DNA from: an uncultured Muribaculaceae bacterium
GTDB lineage: Bacteria > Bacteroidota > Bacteroidia > Bacteroidales > Muribaculaceae
Assembly: GCA_910583675.1 (NCBI GenBank)
Contig: CAJTYH010000010.1
Coordinates: 526-64,525, forward strand
Reading direction: 5' to 3'
DNA length: 64,000 nucleotides
How positions within the stretch are numbered: position 1 is the stretch's first letter; each line of letters starts with the position of its first letter. The translations under genes were made by a program, and so were the position numbers. This document shows, in pieces, positions 28,726 to 39,159 of the stretch. The notes beneath the pieces were generated by a model. It had not been told where the DNA came from. It did not search any database and saw only the letters and a list, made by a program, of their open reading frames with translations.

Positions 28726-29958
28726 TCAATAGAGGTGGTATTTATGTTTTGTTTTCTCGAATGCGGGCAGGTCTTTGTGCCATAATGGCTCAATGTCCTC
28801 TACGCGGTGGTTCTTGAAGAACATGCGGCGCACGTCCTTGCTTCCGCATACCTTGTCGAACATGCCGAAGCGTTTGGAGTCTGCTCCGGTTGCAACTTTA
28901 TGGTCGGGATACATCCTGGCCAGTTCCTGCATCACGTAGAATTGCACAAGTGTAAGCTCAGCCTTGTCAAAGTCGGTGACATAGATTTCAACTCCATTGA
29001 GGTTCAGACCCTTGTTGAATCCATAGTAAGGCTTGTAGGTTACGGGACGGAACGCGATACCCGGAAGTTGCAGCGCATTGAGGTTGTCGGCGAGTTTGCG
29101 TCCGTTGATCCATGGTGCGGCAAAGGTGCGGAACGGCATAGTGTAGCCGACACCTATACTGAGATAGTCAAGCTCGCCGGCGATTCCGGTCGCCGGATAA
29201 TATATGGCCGTTTCAGCGGACGGAATATGCGGCGACGGAAGCACCCATGGCATGCCGGTGTCGGCAAAAAGCATGTCGCGACTCCACCCTTTCATGGGCA
29301 CTACGGTGAGTTTCAGCGGTTTTTGTGTAGAGAACATTTTCTCCTCATATAACAGCCTGGCCAGTTCACCCGGTGTGAGACCGTAAATGTACGGGATAGG
29401 ATACTGGCTTACGAAGCTTGTACAGTCCGGTTCTGTCAAAAGCCCTTCGATTTTCTTGCCTCCCAATGGATTGGGGCGGTCAAGCACTACGAATTCCTTG
29501 CCAAGGTTCGCGCACTGCTCCATGGCAAGACCCATAGTGGAGATGAATGTATAGGAACGGCAGCCGTTGTCCTGGATGTCGTATACGAGCACGTCAATGT
29601 CCTTAAGCATCTCGGGGGTAGGTTTGCGTGTGGCTCCATAAAGTGAATAGACTTTTACTCCGGTGGCCTTGTCGGTGGTGGAGGTTACCTTTTGTCCAGC
29701 CGGGATGTCGCCACGCACTCCATGCTCGGGAGCGAACAGGGCGACGAGATTGACCTCAGGGCTTTCGTGCAGTATGTCTATGGTAGATCGCAGGTCGTTG
29801 TCCACACCGGTAGGATTGGTGATCAGCCCTACGCGTTTACCTTTGAGGCATTCGAAGTTGCTCTCGCGAAGTACCTCAATCCCGGGTTTCACTTTGGGAT
29901 GTGCTGCGGCGGTTATGATGACTGTGGCCGCAAGTAGCCACGTGAGAATACGTTTCAT
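28726..29958 (-). CDS. namZ: DUF1343 exo-beta-N-acetylmuramidase (NamZ-like)
   Basis: GLITNPTG, FAPEHG, DIQDNG.RSYT, DRPNP, PSPHIP. Confidence 0.88.
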   Translation of the reverse strand: MKRILTWLLAATVIITAAAHPKVKPGIEVLRESNFECLKGKRVGLITNPTGVDNDLRSTIDILHESPEVNLVALFAPEHGVRGDIPAGQKVTSTTDKATGVKVYSLYGATRKPTPEMLKDIDVLVYDIQDNGCRSYTFISTMGLAMEQCANLGKEFVVLDRPNPLGGKKIEGLLTEPDCTSFVSQYPIPYIYGLTPGELARLLYEEKMFSTQKPLKLTVVPMKGWSRDMLFADTGMPWVLPSPHIPSAETAIYYPATGIAGELDYLSIGVGYTMPFRTFAAPWINGRKLADNLNALQLPGIAFRPVTYKPYYGFNKGLNLNGVEIYVTDFDKAELTLVQFYVMQELARMYPDHKVATGADSKRFGMFDKVCGSKDVRRMFFKNHRVEDIEPLWHKDLPAFEKTKHKYHLY

Positions 29959-30018
29959 ATGGTAATCGGGTCTTGATGTCGTGTTGAATCTACTGAATTA
30001 TAACGCGTTGCCGGCAGG

Positions 30019-31308
30019 TTAGGTTCTGGTCGCCTTTTTGCCGAACGCAGGGTCTACCTTTATGAGGTAGCAGACACCTATAGTGGCTGCGCAGCATATC
30101 ATAGTCCATATGAAGAATGCGGTGTAGCTGAAAGTGTCGGCAATCCATCCGGCTGCCATGCCCGGAAGCATCATTCCCAGCGCCATGAACCCGGTGCAGA
30201 TGGAGTAGTGGGCGGTCTTGAAGCGTCCGTTTGAGAAATAGATCAGATAGAGCATGTAGGCCGTGAAGCCGAAGCCGTAACCGAATTGCTCCACGAAGAC
30301 ACATGCATACACTTCCCATATGGCCGAGGGCTGGACTATCGCGAGGTAGACGAACGTAAGGCAGGTGAGCGACATGCTCCATGCCATGGGATGAAGCCAG
30401 TGACGCAGTCCGTTGCGTGCGGCTACCAGTCCTCCTACGATGCCTCCGAGCATCAGTCCGATTACGCCGATCGTGCCGTAGACCCATCCGACCTCGTCGG
30501 CGCTCAGTCCCAATCCCCCCTTGTCTATGGGATCGAGCATGAACGGGGTTATCATCTTTACGAGCTGTGCCTCCGGGAGCCGGTACAGCAGCATGAACAG
30601 TATGGCTGTTCCCACTTGGGGTTTGCGAAAGAACGCCACGAAGGTCTCAATGAACTCCCGGAAGACCTCGCTGCCTGAGCGGGGCCGGTGGAATGCGTCG
30701 GATGCGGGCTTCGGAAGTATTGCGGCATGATACACGGCTATCCCCACGAAGAAGGTGGCAAGGATGGCGAACACAAGGATCCACCCGGCTTTAGGTTCCG
30801 CCCATGCCTCGCTCACGTGTGCCGCCACGATTACCAATGCTCCCTGGCCTATGACCATGGATATGCGATAGAAAAGCGACCGTATACCCACGAATAAGCT
30901 CTGACGATGCTCGCTGAGCGCGAGCATGTAGAATCCGTCGGCTGCGATATCATGCGTGGCCGACGCGAAAGCCATGAGCCAGAAAACGGCCAATGTGGCC
31001 TGGAAGAAGCCCGATGCCGGAAGGGTGAAGGCGATAGCTGCCATGGCGATCCCTATGACCCACTGCATCGTGACAACCCACCATCGCTTGCTGCGGATTA
31101 TGTCCACGAACGGACTCCAGAACGGTTTTATGACCCAGGGCAGGTAAAGCCATGCCGTGAAAAATGCGAGTTCGGTATTGCTTATGCCTAGGCATTTGTA
31201 CATGACTGTGCTGATGGTCATTACGGCCATGTATGGCAATCCTTCTGCGAAGTAGAGGGTAGGCACCCACCACCATGCGCGGTCTTTGTTTTGTGGGGTA
31301 TGTGGCAT
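30019..31308 (-). CDS. ampG: AmpG-like muropeptide MFS permease
   Basis: PTLYFAEGLPY, LPWVIKPFWSP, SATHDIAADGFY. Confidence 0.85.
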   Translation of the reverse strand: MPHTPQNKDRAWWWVPTLYFAEGLPYMAVMTISTVMYKCLGISNTELAFFTAWLYLPWVIKPFWSPFVDIIRSKRWWVVTMQWVIGIAMAAIAFTLPASGFFQATLAVFWLMAFASATHDIAADGFYMLALSEHRQSLFVGIRSLFYRISMVIGQGALVIVAAHVSEAWAEPKAGWILVFAILATFFVGIAVYHAAILPKPASDAFHRPRSGSEVFREFIETFVAFFRKPQVGTAILFMLLYRLPEAQLVKMITPFMLDPIDKGGLGLSADEVGWVYGTIGVIGLMLGGIVGGLVAARNGLRHWLHPMAWSMSLTCLTFVYLAIVQPSAIWEVYACVFVEQFGYGFGFTAYMLYLIYFSNGRFKTAHYSICTGFMALGMMLPGMAAGWIADTFSYTAFFIWTMICCAATIGVCYLIKVDPAFGKKATRT

Positions 31309-31343
31309 TTTACCGGTAGTGTTTTAGGTGTAGACAGGTGATT

Positions 31344-32594
31344 TCAGATGTAAAGGGTGGCTATTTCCGCCTTAGGGAAGTAGTGATGAAGTATGGAGCG
31401 GTAGTCGTATCCTTTGTTTCCCATTACCGCCGCACCGATCTGGCACATCCCGACACCGTGTCCCCATCCTCGTCCCTTAAGTATGAAGTTCCCCTCGTTG
31501 TCGCGTTCCACTTTGAATATTGAGGATCGCAGGTGGCTTTCCGACAGCCAACGGCGTATCTCAAGCTCCTTCCCGACAACGGCGGTGTGTCGGCTCCCTT
31601 CAATCAGTAGGCGCACGATGTGTCCTGCATGCGTTGTTTCCAGAGGTGTGAGGCTTTTTATCTCCCCGAAGTCTATTCCTGAGCGGCATTTCAACAATTC
31701 GGACAGCCGTGCGGCGGTGTATCGGACTTCCCATTTGAAGAAGTCCGAGTTCTCACGGTCGTAGTCGTTGAGCACCTGGCTCAGTATGTCGGGATCGGAG
31801 GTATCGCAGAAGACACTTCCTCCGTCATGGTCTGCTACGTGTGTGAGGTATTCTTTCGGGTCGTCTTCCCAACAGTTTTCGAAACGTTCGCTTATGCCGC
31901 CGCAGCACTTGCTGAACCGCGCATCGCATACATCGCCTAGGTATGTCAGCATCTCGCCCCGGGTCTCTTCCACGGCTTGAGCCACTTCCCGGCGTGTCTG
32001 GCGCGTGATGCCTTGGTAGCGTTGGCAGTGATCGTCGGCACAGACATCGAACTGGGTGTGGTCTTCACGGTCATACCATTTCACAAGTTCATCTACCTCG
32101 CGTCCGTCTGGGAGCGTAGTATGCTTCCATCCTCCTTTTTCGGTACAAGTGTGCTTACCCCGGTCAAGGAGCTGCCTTGTCAGCCAGCTGCGGCTTACCA
32201 CGGCATGTGCCATAAGTAACGATCGTGAGGCTGTGGCGCTCATTTCCGATGAGATCACGCTTTTGAGGTATTCTTCAAGGCCGATGGAGTTCACTGCGAT
32301 TATATGTCCGGGATTCGCTTCGTCGGGCAGGAGGGTAAGTGCTCCCCGGAAGCGTTGGCTCTCGCGTCTCTCCCAATGGAACCCTATGCCGATAGTGACA
32401 TCGTGCAGTTCGAAGCTGCACGTCTCGGGATTGGCGGGGGTGTATGTAGTCGGGGCTTGGCACAGATCGGCCACCATGTCGCCTGTGACAGGAGCGCCCC
32501 CGACAGAGCGATGATATAGTCCGTAGAATGTGACATTGAGCGTCGGGGCGCTCATGATGCCTATGTTTATGATTGGTTCCTTGTCAATTCTCAT
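31344..32594 (-). CDS. SpoIID/LytB domain lytic transglycosylase
   Basis: LEEYLKSVISSEM, CADDHCQRYQG, GWGHGVGMCQ.GA. Confidence 0.9.
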   Translation of the reverse strand: MRIDKEPIINIGIMSAPTLNVTFYGLYHRSVGGAPVTGDMVADLCQAPTTYTPANPETCSFELHDVTIGIGFHWERRESQRFRGALTLLPDEANPGHIIAVNSIGLEEYLKSVISSEMSATASRSLLMAHAVVSRSWLTRQLLDRGKHTCTEKGGWKHTTLPDGREVDELVKWYDREDHTQFDVCADDHCQRYQGITRQTRREVAQAVEETRGEMLTYLGDVCDARFSKCCGGISERFENCWEDDPKEYLTHVADHDGGSVFCDTSDPDILSQVLNDYDRENSDFFKWEVRYTAARLSELLKCRSGIDFGEIKSLTPLETTHAGHIVRLLIEGSRHTAVVGKELEIRRWLSESHLRSSIFKVERDNEGNFILKGRGWGHGVGMCQIGAAVMGNKGYDYRSILHHYFPKAEIATLYI

Positions 32595-32694
32595 ACCGCA
32601 AAGATAAGGATTTTTGTCGGTTGCAGGTTGGCCGGGCGTTGTTTTTCAGGTTTATCTTTCGTACATTTGCATCCTATCACATTTTTTTGACAAT

Positions 32695-34206
32695 ATGAGA
32701 AAAGACTACCGGAGAGCCATGGCGGCATTGGCTGCGTGTGTTGCGTTGAACGCGGCTGCGGACATCCCTCTTGCATATTATGCGTCCATTCAGGGGCTGT
32801 GTGGCGCTGAGTTGAAAAACGCCCTGCATGAACTGATCGGGAATGACCCCGATGTGAAGATGCTTTCGTACGGAAGCGGGAACCTGCATACCTGGTGGGG
32901 CTTCTATGTGACGGACAGGAATGCCGACAATTCGGTCGTGGATCGTTACAGCAACGACGTGCGTTACTTTACCTCGCAAGGCAGTTCCGTTTCTGGAATG
33001 AACATAGAGCATTCCTTCCCCAAGTCATGGTGGGGCGGGAGCGAGAACAACGCCTACAAGGACCTATACAATCTCATGCCCTGCGAGCAGAAGATCAATT
33101 CTACCAAGAGCAATTATCCCATGGGCATAGTTACCCGTCCCACACCGGCTGGCAATAACGGATGTACCAAGGTCGGTGCCGGGGAATGGGACGGCAACTG
33201 GTGGGAGCCGGCAGACAAATGGAAAGGAGACTTCGCACGAGGCTACATGTATATGGTGACCGCATACCAGCAGTTCACATATTCAAGTCCCCAGGCCAGA
33301 CAGATCATCCAGACAGGGGATTACCCGACACTCCTGCCACGGGCATCGGAACTGTATATAAGGTGGGCGCTTGCTGACGACGTAACGGAGATGGAAGCGG
33401 TGCGTAACGACCGTGTGCAGAACATACAAGGGAACCGCAACCCGTTCGTGGATTTTCCCAATCTCATGGAATACATATGGGGTGACTCTGTGTCTACCCC
33501 CATTGACTTGAGGTTTACCCGCAAGTCAGCTCCCGCATACGGGGTGATAGGGGAGCCTGTCGGCCCTACGGTCACATTGTACGACAATACCCTGTTGGGT
33601 CAGGATGGCGGATTCGTGGAGGATATGATAGAGGCTCCAGTGAGCGGCTATCATGTATGGACAAACACTGCGCAATATGGATGGAAAGGAACTTCCTATA
33701 GTGGTGGAGCCGTGGCGGCGGTGGCAGACCTTGTAGGATCCGAGATAGACTTGACGGAAATGGCATCGGCGCGTATGTCGTTTGACCATTCCGTCAATTA
33801 TGCAAGCGTGAGTCCTTCCGAACAGTTATTCGTGTATGCCCGCGATGAAAATGGGGCCGATACGCAGTTGAACGTGCCCTCATGGCCTGCCGGCAACAGC
33901 TGGAGTTTCGTGTCGTCTGGAAATGTGAGCCTTGAAGCTTTCGTAGGCAAGAGGGTGAGGATCGTCTTCCGCTATGTATCCGACAATGTCAAGTCGCCGA
34001 CGTGGGAGATCAAGAACCTGAAGATCTCCGGTCAGAAGCGCACATCCGGCGTGGATTACATACAACCGGCTCTTGATCCGGACGACAACACCTCGTTCCC
34101 TGCAGAATACTACACGCTTGACGGGCGTCGTATTGACCCTGCTACGTATCGTGGCATAGTAATCCGCCGTCAGGGCACTTCGGTCACCAAGGAGCTGCTC
34201 CGATAG
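32695..34206 (+). CDS. Secreted endonuclease I family nuclease with T9SS-like C-terminal tail
   Basis: NIEHSFPKSW, DLYNL, KGDFARGYMY, QGNRNPFVD; tail SGV...EYYTLDGRR..GIVIRRQG..K. Confidence 0.88.
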   Translation: MRKDYRRAMAALAACVALNAAADIPLAYYASIQGLCGAELKNALHELIGNDPDVKMLSYGSGNLHTWWGFYVTDRNADNSVVDRYSNDVRYFTSQGSSVSGMNIEHSFPKSWWGGSENNAYKDLYNLMPCEQKINSTKSNYPMGIVTRPTPAGNNGCTKVGAGEWDGNWWEPADKWKGDFARGYMYMVTAYQQFTYSSPQARQIIQTGDYPTLLPRASELYIRWALADDVTEMEAVRNDRVQNIQGNRNPFVDFPNLMEYIWGDSVSTPIDLRFTRKSAPAYGVIGEPVGPTVTLYDNTLLGQDGGFVEDMIEAPVSGYHVWTNTAQYGWKGTSYSGGAVAAVADLVGSEIDLTEMASARMSFDHSVNYASVSPSEQLFVYARDENGADTQLNVPSWPAGNSWSFVSSGNVSLEAFVGKRVRIVFRYVSDNVKSPTWEIKNLKISGQKRTSGVDYIQPALDPDDNTSFPAEYYTLDGRRIDPATYRGIVIRRQGTSVTKELLR

Positions 34207-34232
34207 GTTTAATCCCATCGTTTCATAATAAG

Positions 34233-34270
34233 GCGCCCTTGAGAATTTACCGGCAAATTCTCAAGGGCGC
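34233..34270. terminator. 16-bp hairpin between convergent genes
   Basis: GCGCCCTTGAGAATTT...AAATTCTCAAGGGCGC. Confidence 0.65.
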
Positions 34271-34301
34271 TTGGTGTATGGGATGTTTAATGTTTTGTAG
34301 T

Positions 34302-35315
34302 TTAGGGGCGGGGAGGGGCGACGGAGTCGCGGAGGATGATGGAGGGCTGGAGCAGGAGGCCACCCGGGCCGGTGGGATTCCCCTTTATGCGATCCAGGAG
34401 CATTTTTACTGCTACCATGCTGATGCTATCTATGGGTTGGGATATGCGTGTGACCGGAGGGTCAAGGAAATCAAGGTAGATGTTGTCGTCAAAAGAGACG
34501 ATGGATATGTCCTCCGGCACTTTCATGTCATGTTCCCTCAGTGCCTTTATTACTCCGAGGAGTATAGTGTTTGACAATGCGAATATAGCGCTGATCCTTT
34601 TCCCCGTGTTAAGCGCCAACTTGGTCTCCACATAGCCGTTGCGGGTGGAAAATTCGTTGCCGCAGGTCATGGCGTGAGCGGATAGTCCCGCTTTTTCCAT
34701 AGCGTCAAGATAGCCTTCCACGCGTTGTCGCGACGTGATGGACTGTGGCGTTCCTTGTATGCACAGGATCTCCTTATGGCCGGCCTTTATGAGGAGGTCG
34801 GTGGCGTCAAGCGCTCCCCTGTAGTTGTCGGTGGCGGCGTATGCCAGCTCGCAATTGTCAAAGTACCGGTCTATGAGCACCAACGGCTTTTCCATGGCCA
34901 GTTTGGTGAGCCTTGTGGGATCGTCGCTTGTCGGAACCATTATTATTCCATCCACGTTACGGGAAAGCAACGTGTCTATAGCCTCGTTCTCATCCTCTAT
35001 GCTTTCGTGGGTGTCGATTACCATTACCGGATAGGAGTGTTTGTGGGCTTCCCCTATAACTGCACTGGCGATGTTGGCGAAAAAAGGATTGTCTATACAA
35101 GGGACAAGCAATCCAATGGTGCGTGTGGCGCTGTTGCGCAAACTTTGTGCTACATAATTCGGCCTATAATTCAGCTCCCTTACGGCATCCATTATCTTTT
35201 TTTGCGACTCGCTGCTGATCCTGAATTGCTCGGACTTTCCGTTGAGCACACGCGATATGGTTGTGGGGGAGAAGCCTGTATATTTTGAAATGTCAGATAA
35301 GGTGCTTTTTCTCAT
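34302..35315 (-). CDS. LacI family transcriptional regulator (RbsR/RusR-like)
   Basis: TLSDISKYTGFSPTTISRVLN HTH, NYRPN..AQSL, periplasmic-binding-like domain. Confidence 0.92.
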   Translation of the reverse strand: MRKSTLSDISKYTGFSPTTISRVLNGKSEQFRISSESQKKIMDAVRELNYRPNYVAQSLRNSATRTIGLLVPCIDNPFFANIASAVIGEAHKHSYPVMVIDTHESIEDENEAIDTLLSRNVDGIIMVPTSDDPTRLTKLAMEKPLVLIDRYFDNCELAYAATDNYRGALDATDLLIKAGHKEILCIQGTPQSITSRQRVEGYLDAMEKAGLSAHAMTCGNEFSTRNGYVETKLALNTGKRISAIFALSNTILLGVIKALREHDMKVPEDISIVSFDDNIYLDFLDPPVTRISQPIDSISMVAVKMLLDRIKGNPTGPGGLLLQPSIILRDSVAPPRP

Positions 35316-35409
35316 TGGGTTATCTTTTCGTTTCCTCAAAGGTAGCGTTTTTAGTTGAAATATTTTTCAAAAATAATTTCAAGCCGACGTTTTTTCCAGC
35401 TTTTTTACA

Positions 35410-35434
35410 TACCTTTGCTCAAACGTTTGAGCAA
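35410..35434 (+). promoter_or_regulatory. rbsK promoter -7 box (TACCTTTG) overlapped by a LacI-type operator TTGCTCAAACGTTTGAGCAA
   Basis: Perfect 20-bp palindrome with central CG at 35415-35434. Confidence 0.75.
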
Positions 35435-35523
35435 GGGCGGTGTCAACGGACATGAAACATCCAGTCCCATGTCGTGTGCACCTGCTTGTCTCCGCGTTTG
35501 CCTAATCTCAATATCGTAAAAAC

Positions 35524-36456
35524 ATGAAGAACAATAGGATAGTCGTAGTCGGAAGCAGCAATACCGACATGGTGATACGTTGCCCGAATATGCCTCGTCC
35601 CGGCGAGACGGTGCTCGGAGGAGAATTTCTCATGAACCATGGGGGCAAGGGTGCCAACCAGGCGGTGGCCGCTGCAAAGCTCGGAGGCAATGTGACATTC
35701 ATCGCAAAGATCGGTGATGACATTTTCGGGGCAGAGACATTGGAGATGCTCCGTAGGACGGGCATAGACACCTCACATGTGAGTGTCAGCAGTGATTTGC
35801 CTTCCGGTGTGGCCTTGATCAACGTCGATGCCAAGGGAGAGAATTCCATCAGTGTGGCATCCGGATCCAATGCTGCGTTGTCAGGGAAGGATATAGACAA
35901 TGCCATGGAAGTCATATCCACCGCCGATGTGATGATTGCCCAGCTTGAGACACCTGTAGAGACTGTCGCCTATGCGGCTGAGATGGCGAAGAGACATGGT
36001 GTCACGGTTGTGCTCAATCCTGCTCCAGCTCCATTGTCGCCGCTCCCGGATGCGCTTCTGCGCAATGTTGACATAATCATACCCAACAAGACGGAGGCTG
36101 AGGCAATATCAGGCATATCTATAACTGACGGAGATTCCGAGCGAAAGGCCATAGAGGCCATTTCGGCAAAGGGAGTCGGCACCACAATAATCACCCTCGG
36201 CTCCAAAGGTGCGCTGCTTTGCACGGGAGGGGATTTTATCATGGTGCCCACGATGAAAGTAAAGACTGTGGATACTACGGCTGCGGGAGATACTTTCTGT
36301 GGAGCGTTTTGCGTGGCGCTTACCGAAGGAAAGGGGCTTGTAGATGCCGTGAGGTTCGGCAACAAGGCGGCTGCCATATCCGTGACACGCAATGGCGCAC
36401 AACAGTCGGCTCCCACAAGGGAGGAAGTGGATGATGTCTGGGAAGCAAGAAATTAA
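35524..36456 (+). CDS. rbsK: Ribokinase
   Basis: VGSSNTD, GGKGANQA, NPAPA, DTTAAGDTF. Confidence 0.95.
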   Translation: MKNNRIVVVGSSNTDMVIRCPNMPRPGETVLGGEFLMNHGGKGANQAVAAAKLGGNVTFIAKIGDDIFGAETLEMLRRTGIDTSHVSVSSDLPSGVALINVDAKGENSISVASGSNAALSGKDIDNAMEVISTADVMIAQLETPVETVAYAAEMAKRHGVTVVLNPAPAPLSPLPDALLRNVDIIIPNKTEAEAISGISITDGDSERKAIEAISAKGVGTTIITLGSKGALLCTGGDFIMVPTMKVKTVDTTAAGDTFCGAFCVALTEGKGLVDAVRFGNKAAAISVTRNGAQQSAPTREEVDDVWEARN

Positions 36457-36493
36457 GAAATAAGGAATTCTTACCTTAAAACTGAAAAATATC

Positions 36494-37504
36494 ATGTTTA
36501 TAGTTGAAAACTACACAATGGCAGTGGTCTTGTGCTTTATCACCATGCTCTGCTGGGGATCGTGGGGCAACACACAGAAACTCGCCGCAAAAAGCTGGCG
36601 TTATGAGCTTTATTATTGGGATTATGTGATAGGCATGGTGCTCTTCTCCCTGCTTATCGGCTTCACTTTCGGTAGCATAGGGTCGGAGGGGAGGCCGTTC
36701 ATGGAAGATCTTGCACAGAGTTCGCTCGCATGTGTCGGCAGCGTCGTATTGGGTGGAATAATATTCAATGCCTCCAACATACTGCTTTCGGCATCGGTAT
36801 CGTTGGCCGGCATGGCAGTGGCTTTCCCTCTTGGTGTGGGCATAGCCTTGGTGCTCGGTGTCATAATCAATTATATCGGTGCCCCGAAGGGGGATCCCGT
36901 GTTGCTTTTCACAGGGGTCGCACTGGTGGTGGCGGCAATCGTGTGCAACGGCATCGCCTCTGGGCGTGTTAGCAAATCCGACGACTCGGCGGCACAAAAC
37001 CGCAAGGGGATCATCCTTGCCGTGTGCGCAGGGGTGCTCATGGCCTTCTTCTACAGGTTCGTGGCGGCTGCGATGGATCTCTCTGATTTCCGCAATCCCG
37101 CTCCAGGTATGCTGACCCCATATACGGCTCTGTTTATCTTTTCGGCAGGGGTGTTGTTGAGTAATTTCGTGTTCAACACCGTTGCCATGCGCAAGCCTTT
37201 CGTTGGAGCGCCAGTGACTTACGGCCAATATTTCAAGGGATCTTTCGCCACCCACATGACCGGTGTGCTCGGTGGGGCGATATGGGCTTTGGGAACTGCG
37301 TGCAGCTACATTGCGGCGGGGAAGGCCGGGGCGGCCATCTCATATGCCCTTGGACAGGGGGCTCCGATGATTGCCGCCATATGGGGAGTCTTCATCTGGA
37401 AGGAGTTCAAGGGAGCCGACCGCAAGACAGATTTTCTGCTCGGATTTATGTTCCTGTTCTTCATCGCCGGACTGGGGTGGATAATCGCGTCCGGAGGCAA
37501 TTGA
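36494..37504 (+). CDS. DMT/GRP-family sugar permease (RusT-like ribose transporter)
   Basis: MLCWGSWGNTQK, ~10 TM segments, WGVFIWKEF; operon context. Confidence 0.8.
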   Translation: MFIVENYTMAVVLCFITMLCWGSWGNTQKLAAKSWRYELYYWDYVIGMVLFSLLIGFTFGSIGSEGRPFMEDLAQSSLACVGSVVLGGIIFNASNILLSASVSLAGMAVAFPLGVGIALVLGVIINYIGAPKGDPVLLFTGVALVVAAIVCNGIASGRVSKSDDSAAQNRKGIILAVCAGVLMAFFYRFVAAAMDLSDFRNPAPGMLTPYTALFIFSAGVLLSNFVFNTVAMRKPFVGAPVTYGQYFKGSFATHMTGVLGGAIWALGTACSYIAAGKAGAAISYALGQGAPMIAAIWGVFIWKEFKGADRKTDFLLGFMFLFFIAGLGWIIASGGN

Positions 37505-37579
37505 TTATAGAAAAGAAGAAATATAGAAAATAGAGAAATATAGAAGTTCAGAAATTTAGAATAGAGAGACAATAACGAC

Positions 37580-38650
37580 ATGAAGATCATAGGATTTGTA
37601 TTGGTAGTTGGCGTGCTTGCGTTGTGCGCCTCTTGTAGCAATAAACAGGCAGTTGTCGCAGATAAGGCTCAGGAGCCGATGAAGATTATATTCGAGACAG
37701 ACATGGGCAACGATGTGGATGATGCCTTGGCGATGGACATGCTGCTCAAGTATGCGGAGGAGGGGAAGATAGATCTCCTCGGCATATCTACGAACAAGCG
37801 CAACGAGGGATCAGTGGAATATATAGACGCTCTCACCACATGGTATGGTGTCCCCGGCATACCTATCGGCAGGGTGGTGGACGGTGCGCCTTGTGACGAT
37901 GCCGTCAACTATGCACTTGAGGTGGTAAAGATGAAGGATGCCGATGGCAAACCGCTGTTTGCCCGCTCGCATGATACTGACGGCTTTGTAGTGCCGAGTG
38001 TGGAGATGTACCGGAAGTTGCTCTCGGCTCAACCTGATTCTTCGGTAACCATAGTTTCCGTGGGATTCTCCACCAACCTTGCGCAGCTGCTTGATTCCGA
38101 GGCCGACGACATATCCCCTTTGCCGGGCAGGGACTTGGTGTCACGCAAGGTCAAGGCTCTCGTCACTATGGCAGGATGCTTTTCCAACAATGAGGAGGCT
38201 GACAGCTTAAAACGCATGCCTGAATATAATGTTGTACGCGACATAGATGCCGCGCGGAAGGTGTTTGCCGATTGGCCGACACCGATAGTAACCTCACCTT
38301 GGGAACTTGGCAATTACATCTGTTTCCCGGCGTCAGAGATAGAAAACGACTTCACCCGTGCCATGCCGAATCCGGTTACTGAGGCCTACAAGGCATATCT
38401 TCCCATGCCGTATGATCGTCCGACATGGGATTTGACTTCGGTGCTCTATGCCGTGGAGGGGGCGGATGGTTATTTCACGTTGTCGGAACCAGGTGATATT
38501 GAGGTAGACCTCCGTGGAGGCACCCGTTTCATTCCGCGTGCCGATGGCACCCGCCGCTACCTGATGTCGGATTCGGTGCAGAGTGCCAACATACTCAACC
38601 GTTTTGTGGAGATGGTACCTTCCGTGCCGGCCAAATATGCAAGCCGCTGA
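37580..38650 (+). CDS. Nucleoside hydrolase, lipoprotein
   Basis: Lipobox CASC, ETDMGNDVDDALA, EYNV, WDL. Confidence 0.88.
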   Translation: MKIIGFVLVVGVLALCASCSNKQAVVADKAQEPMKIIFETDMGNDVDDALAMDMLLKYAEEGKIDLLGISTNKRNEGSVEYIDALTTWYGVPGIPIGRVVDGAPCDDAVNYALEVVKMKDADGKPLFARSHDTDGFVVPSVEMYRKLLSAQPDSSVTIVSVGFSTNLAQLLDSEADDISPLPGRDLVSRKVKALVTMAGCFSNNEEADSLKRMPEYNVVRDIDAARKVFADWPTPIVTSPWELGNYICFPASEIENDFTRAMPNPVTEAYKAYLPMPYDRPTWDLTSVLYAVEGADGYFTLSEPGDIEVDLRGGTRFIPRADGTRRYLMSDSVQSANILNRFVEMVPSVPAKYASR

Positions 38651-38694
38651 TAAAAACGATAGGGATTGAAGGGGGGGAAGTGCAGTGGGAGGGA

Positions 38695-39036
38695 TCAGCG
38701 GCCGGGACGGCGGTTGGCGGCATCGAGAAGCTGCTGGAGCGTGGCACGGATTTCGCGGAGGCGTTCCACGGCTTGGGCACGGCGCGACACGTTAGAGCGG
38801 TTATGCCTGATCTGCTCTTCGGCTGCCTCTATGTGCAGTCCCTTGTCTTTTACAAGGTATGATACCATGCGTAGGCGCTCAATGTCGGAGGTGGTGTAGA
38901 TGCGTGTTCCCTTGTCGTTGCGCTTGGGTTTTATTATGGTGAATTTCGATTCCCAGAAACGCAATGTGGAAGGAGGGAGGCCGAGTATCTCGGCCACTTC
39001 CTTTATCTTGTAATATTTTTTGTCGAAGTCTGCCAT
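38695..39036 (-). CDS. MerR family transcriptional regulator
   Basis: YYKIKEVAE..STLRFWE..PKRNDKGTRIYT. Confidence 0.88.
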   Translation of the reverse strand: MADFDKKYYKIKEVAEILGLPPSTLRFWESKFTIIKPKRNDKGTRIYTTSDIERLRMVSYLVKDKGLHIEAAEEQIRHNRSNVSRRAQAVERLREIRATLQQLLDAANRRPGR

Positions 39037-39159
39037 GGGGATTATGATTTGCAAAAGTAGCAAAAAAATCGTAATTTTGCGGCTTGAATCGGGCGAAAAG
39101 GCCTGCAACAGGCCGTAATGTCCCGCACACTCCGAAAAAAATACAATCTACACCATACG

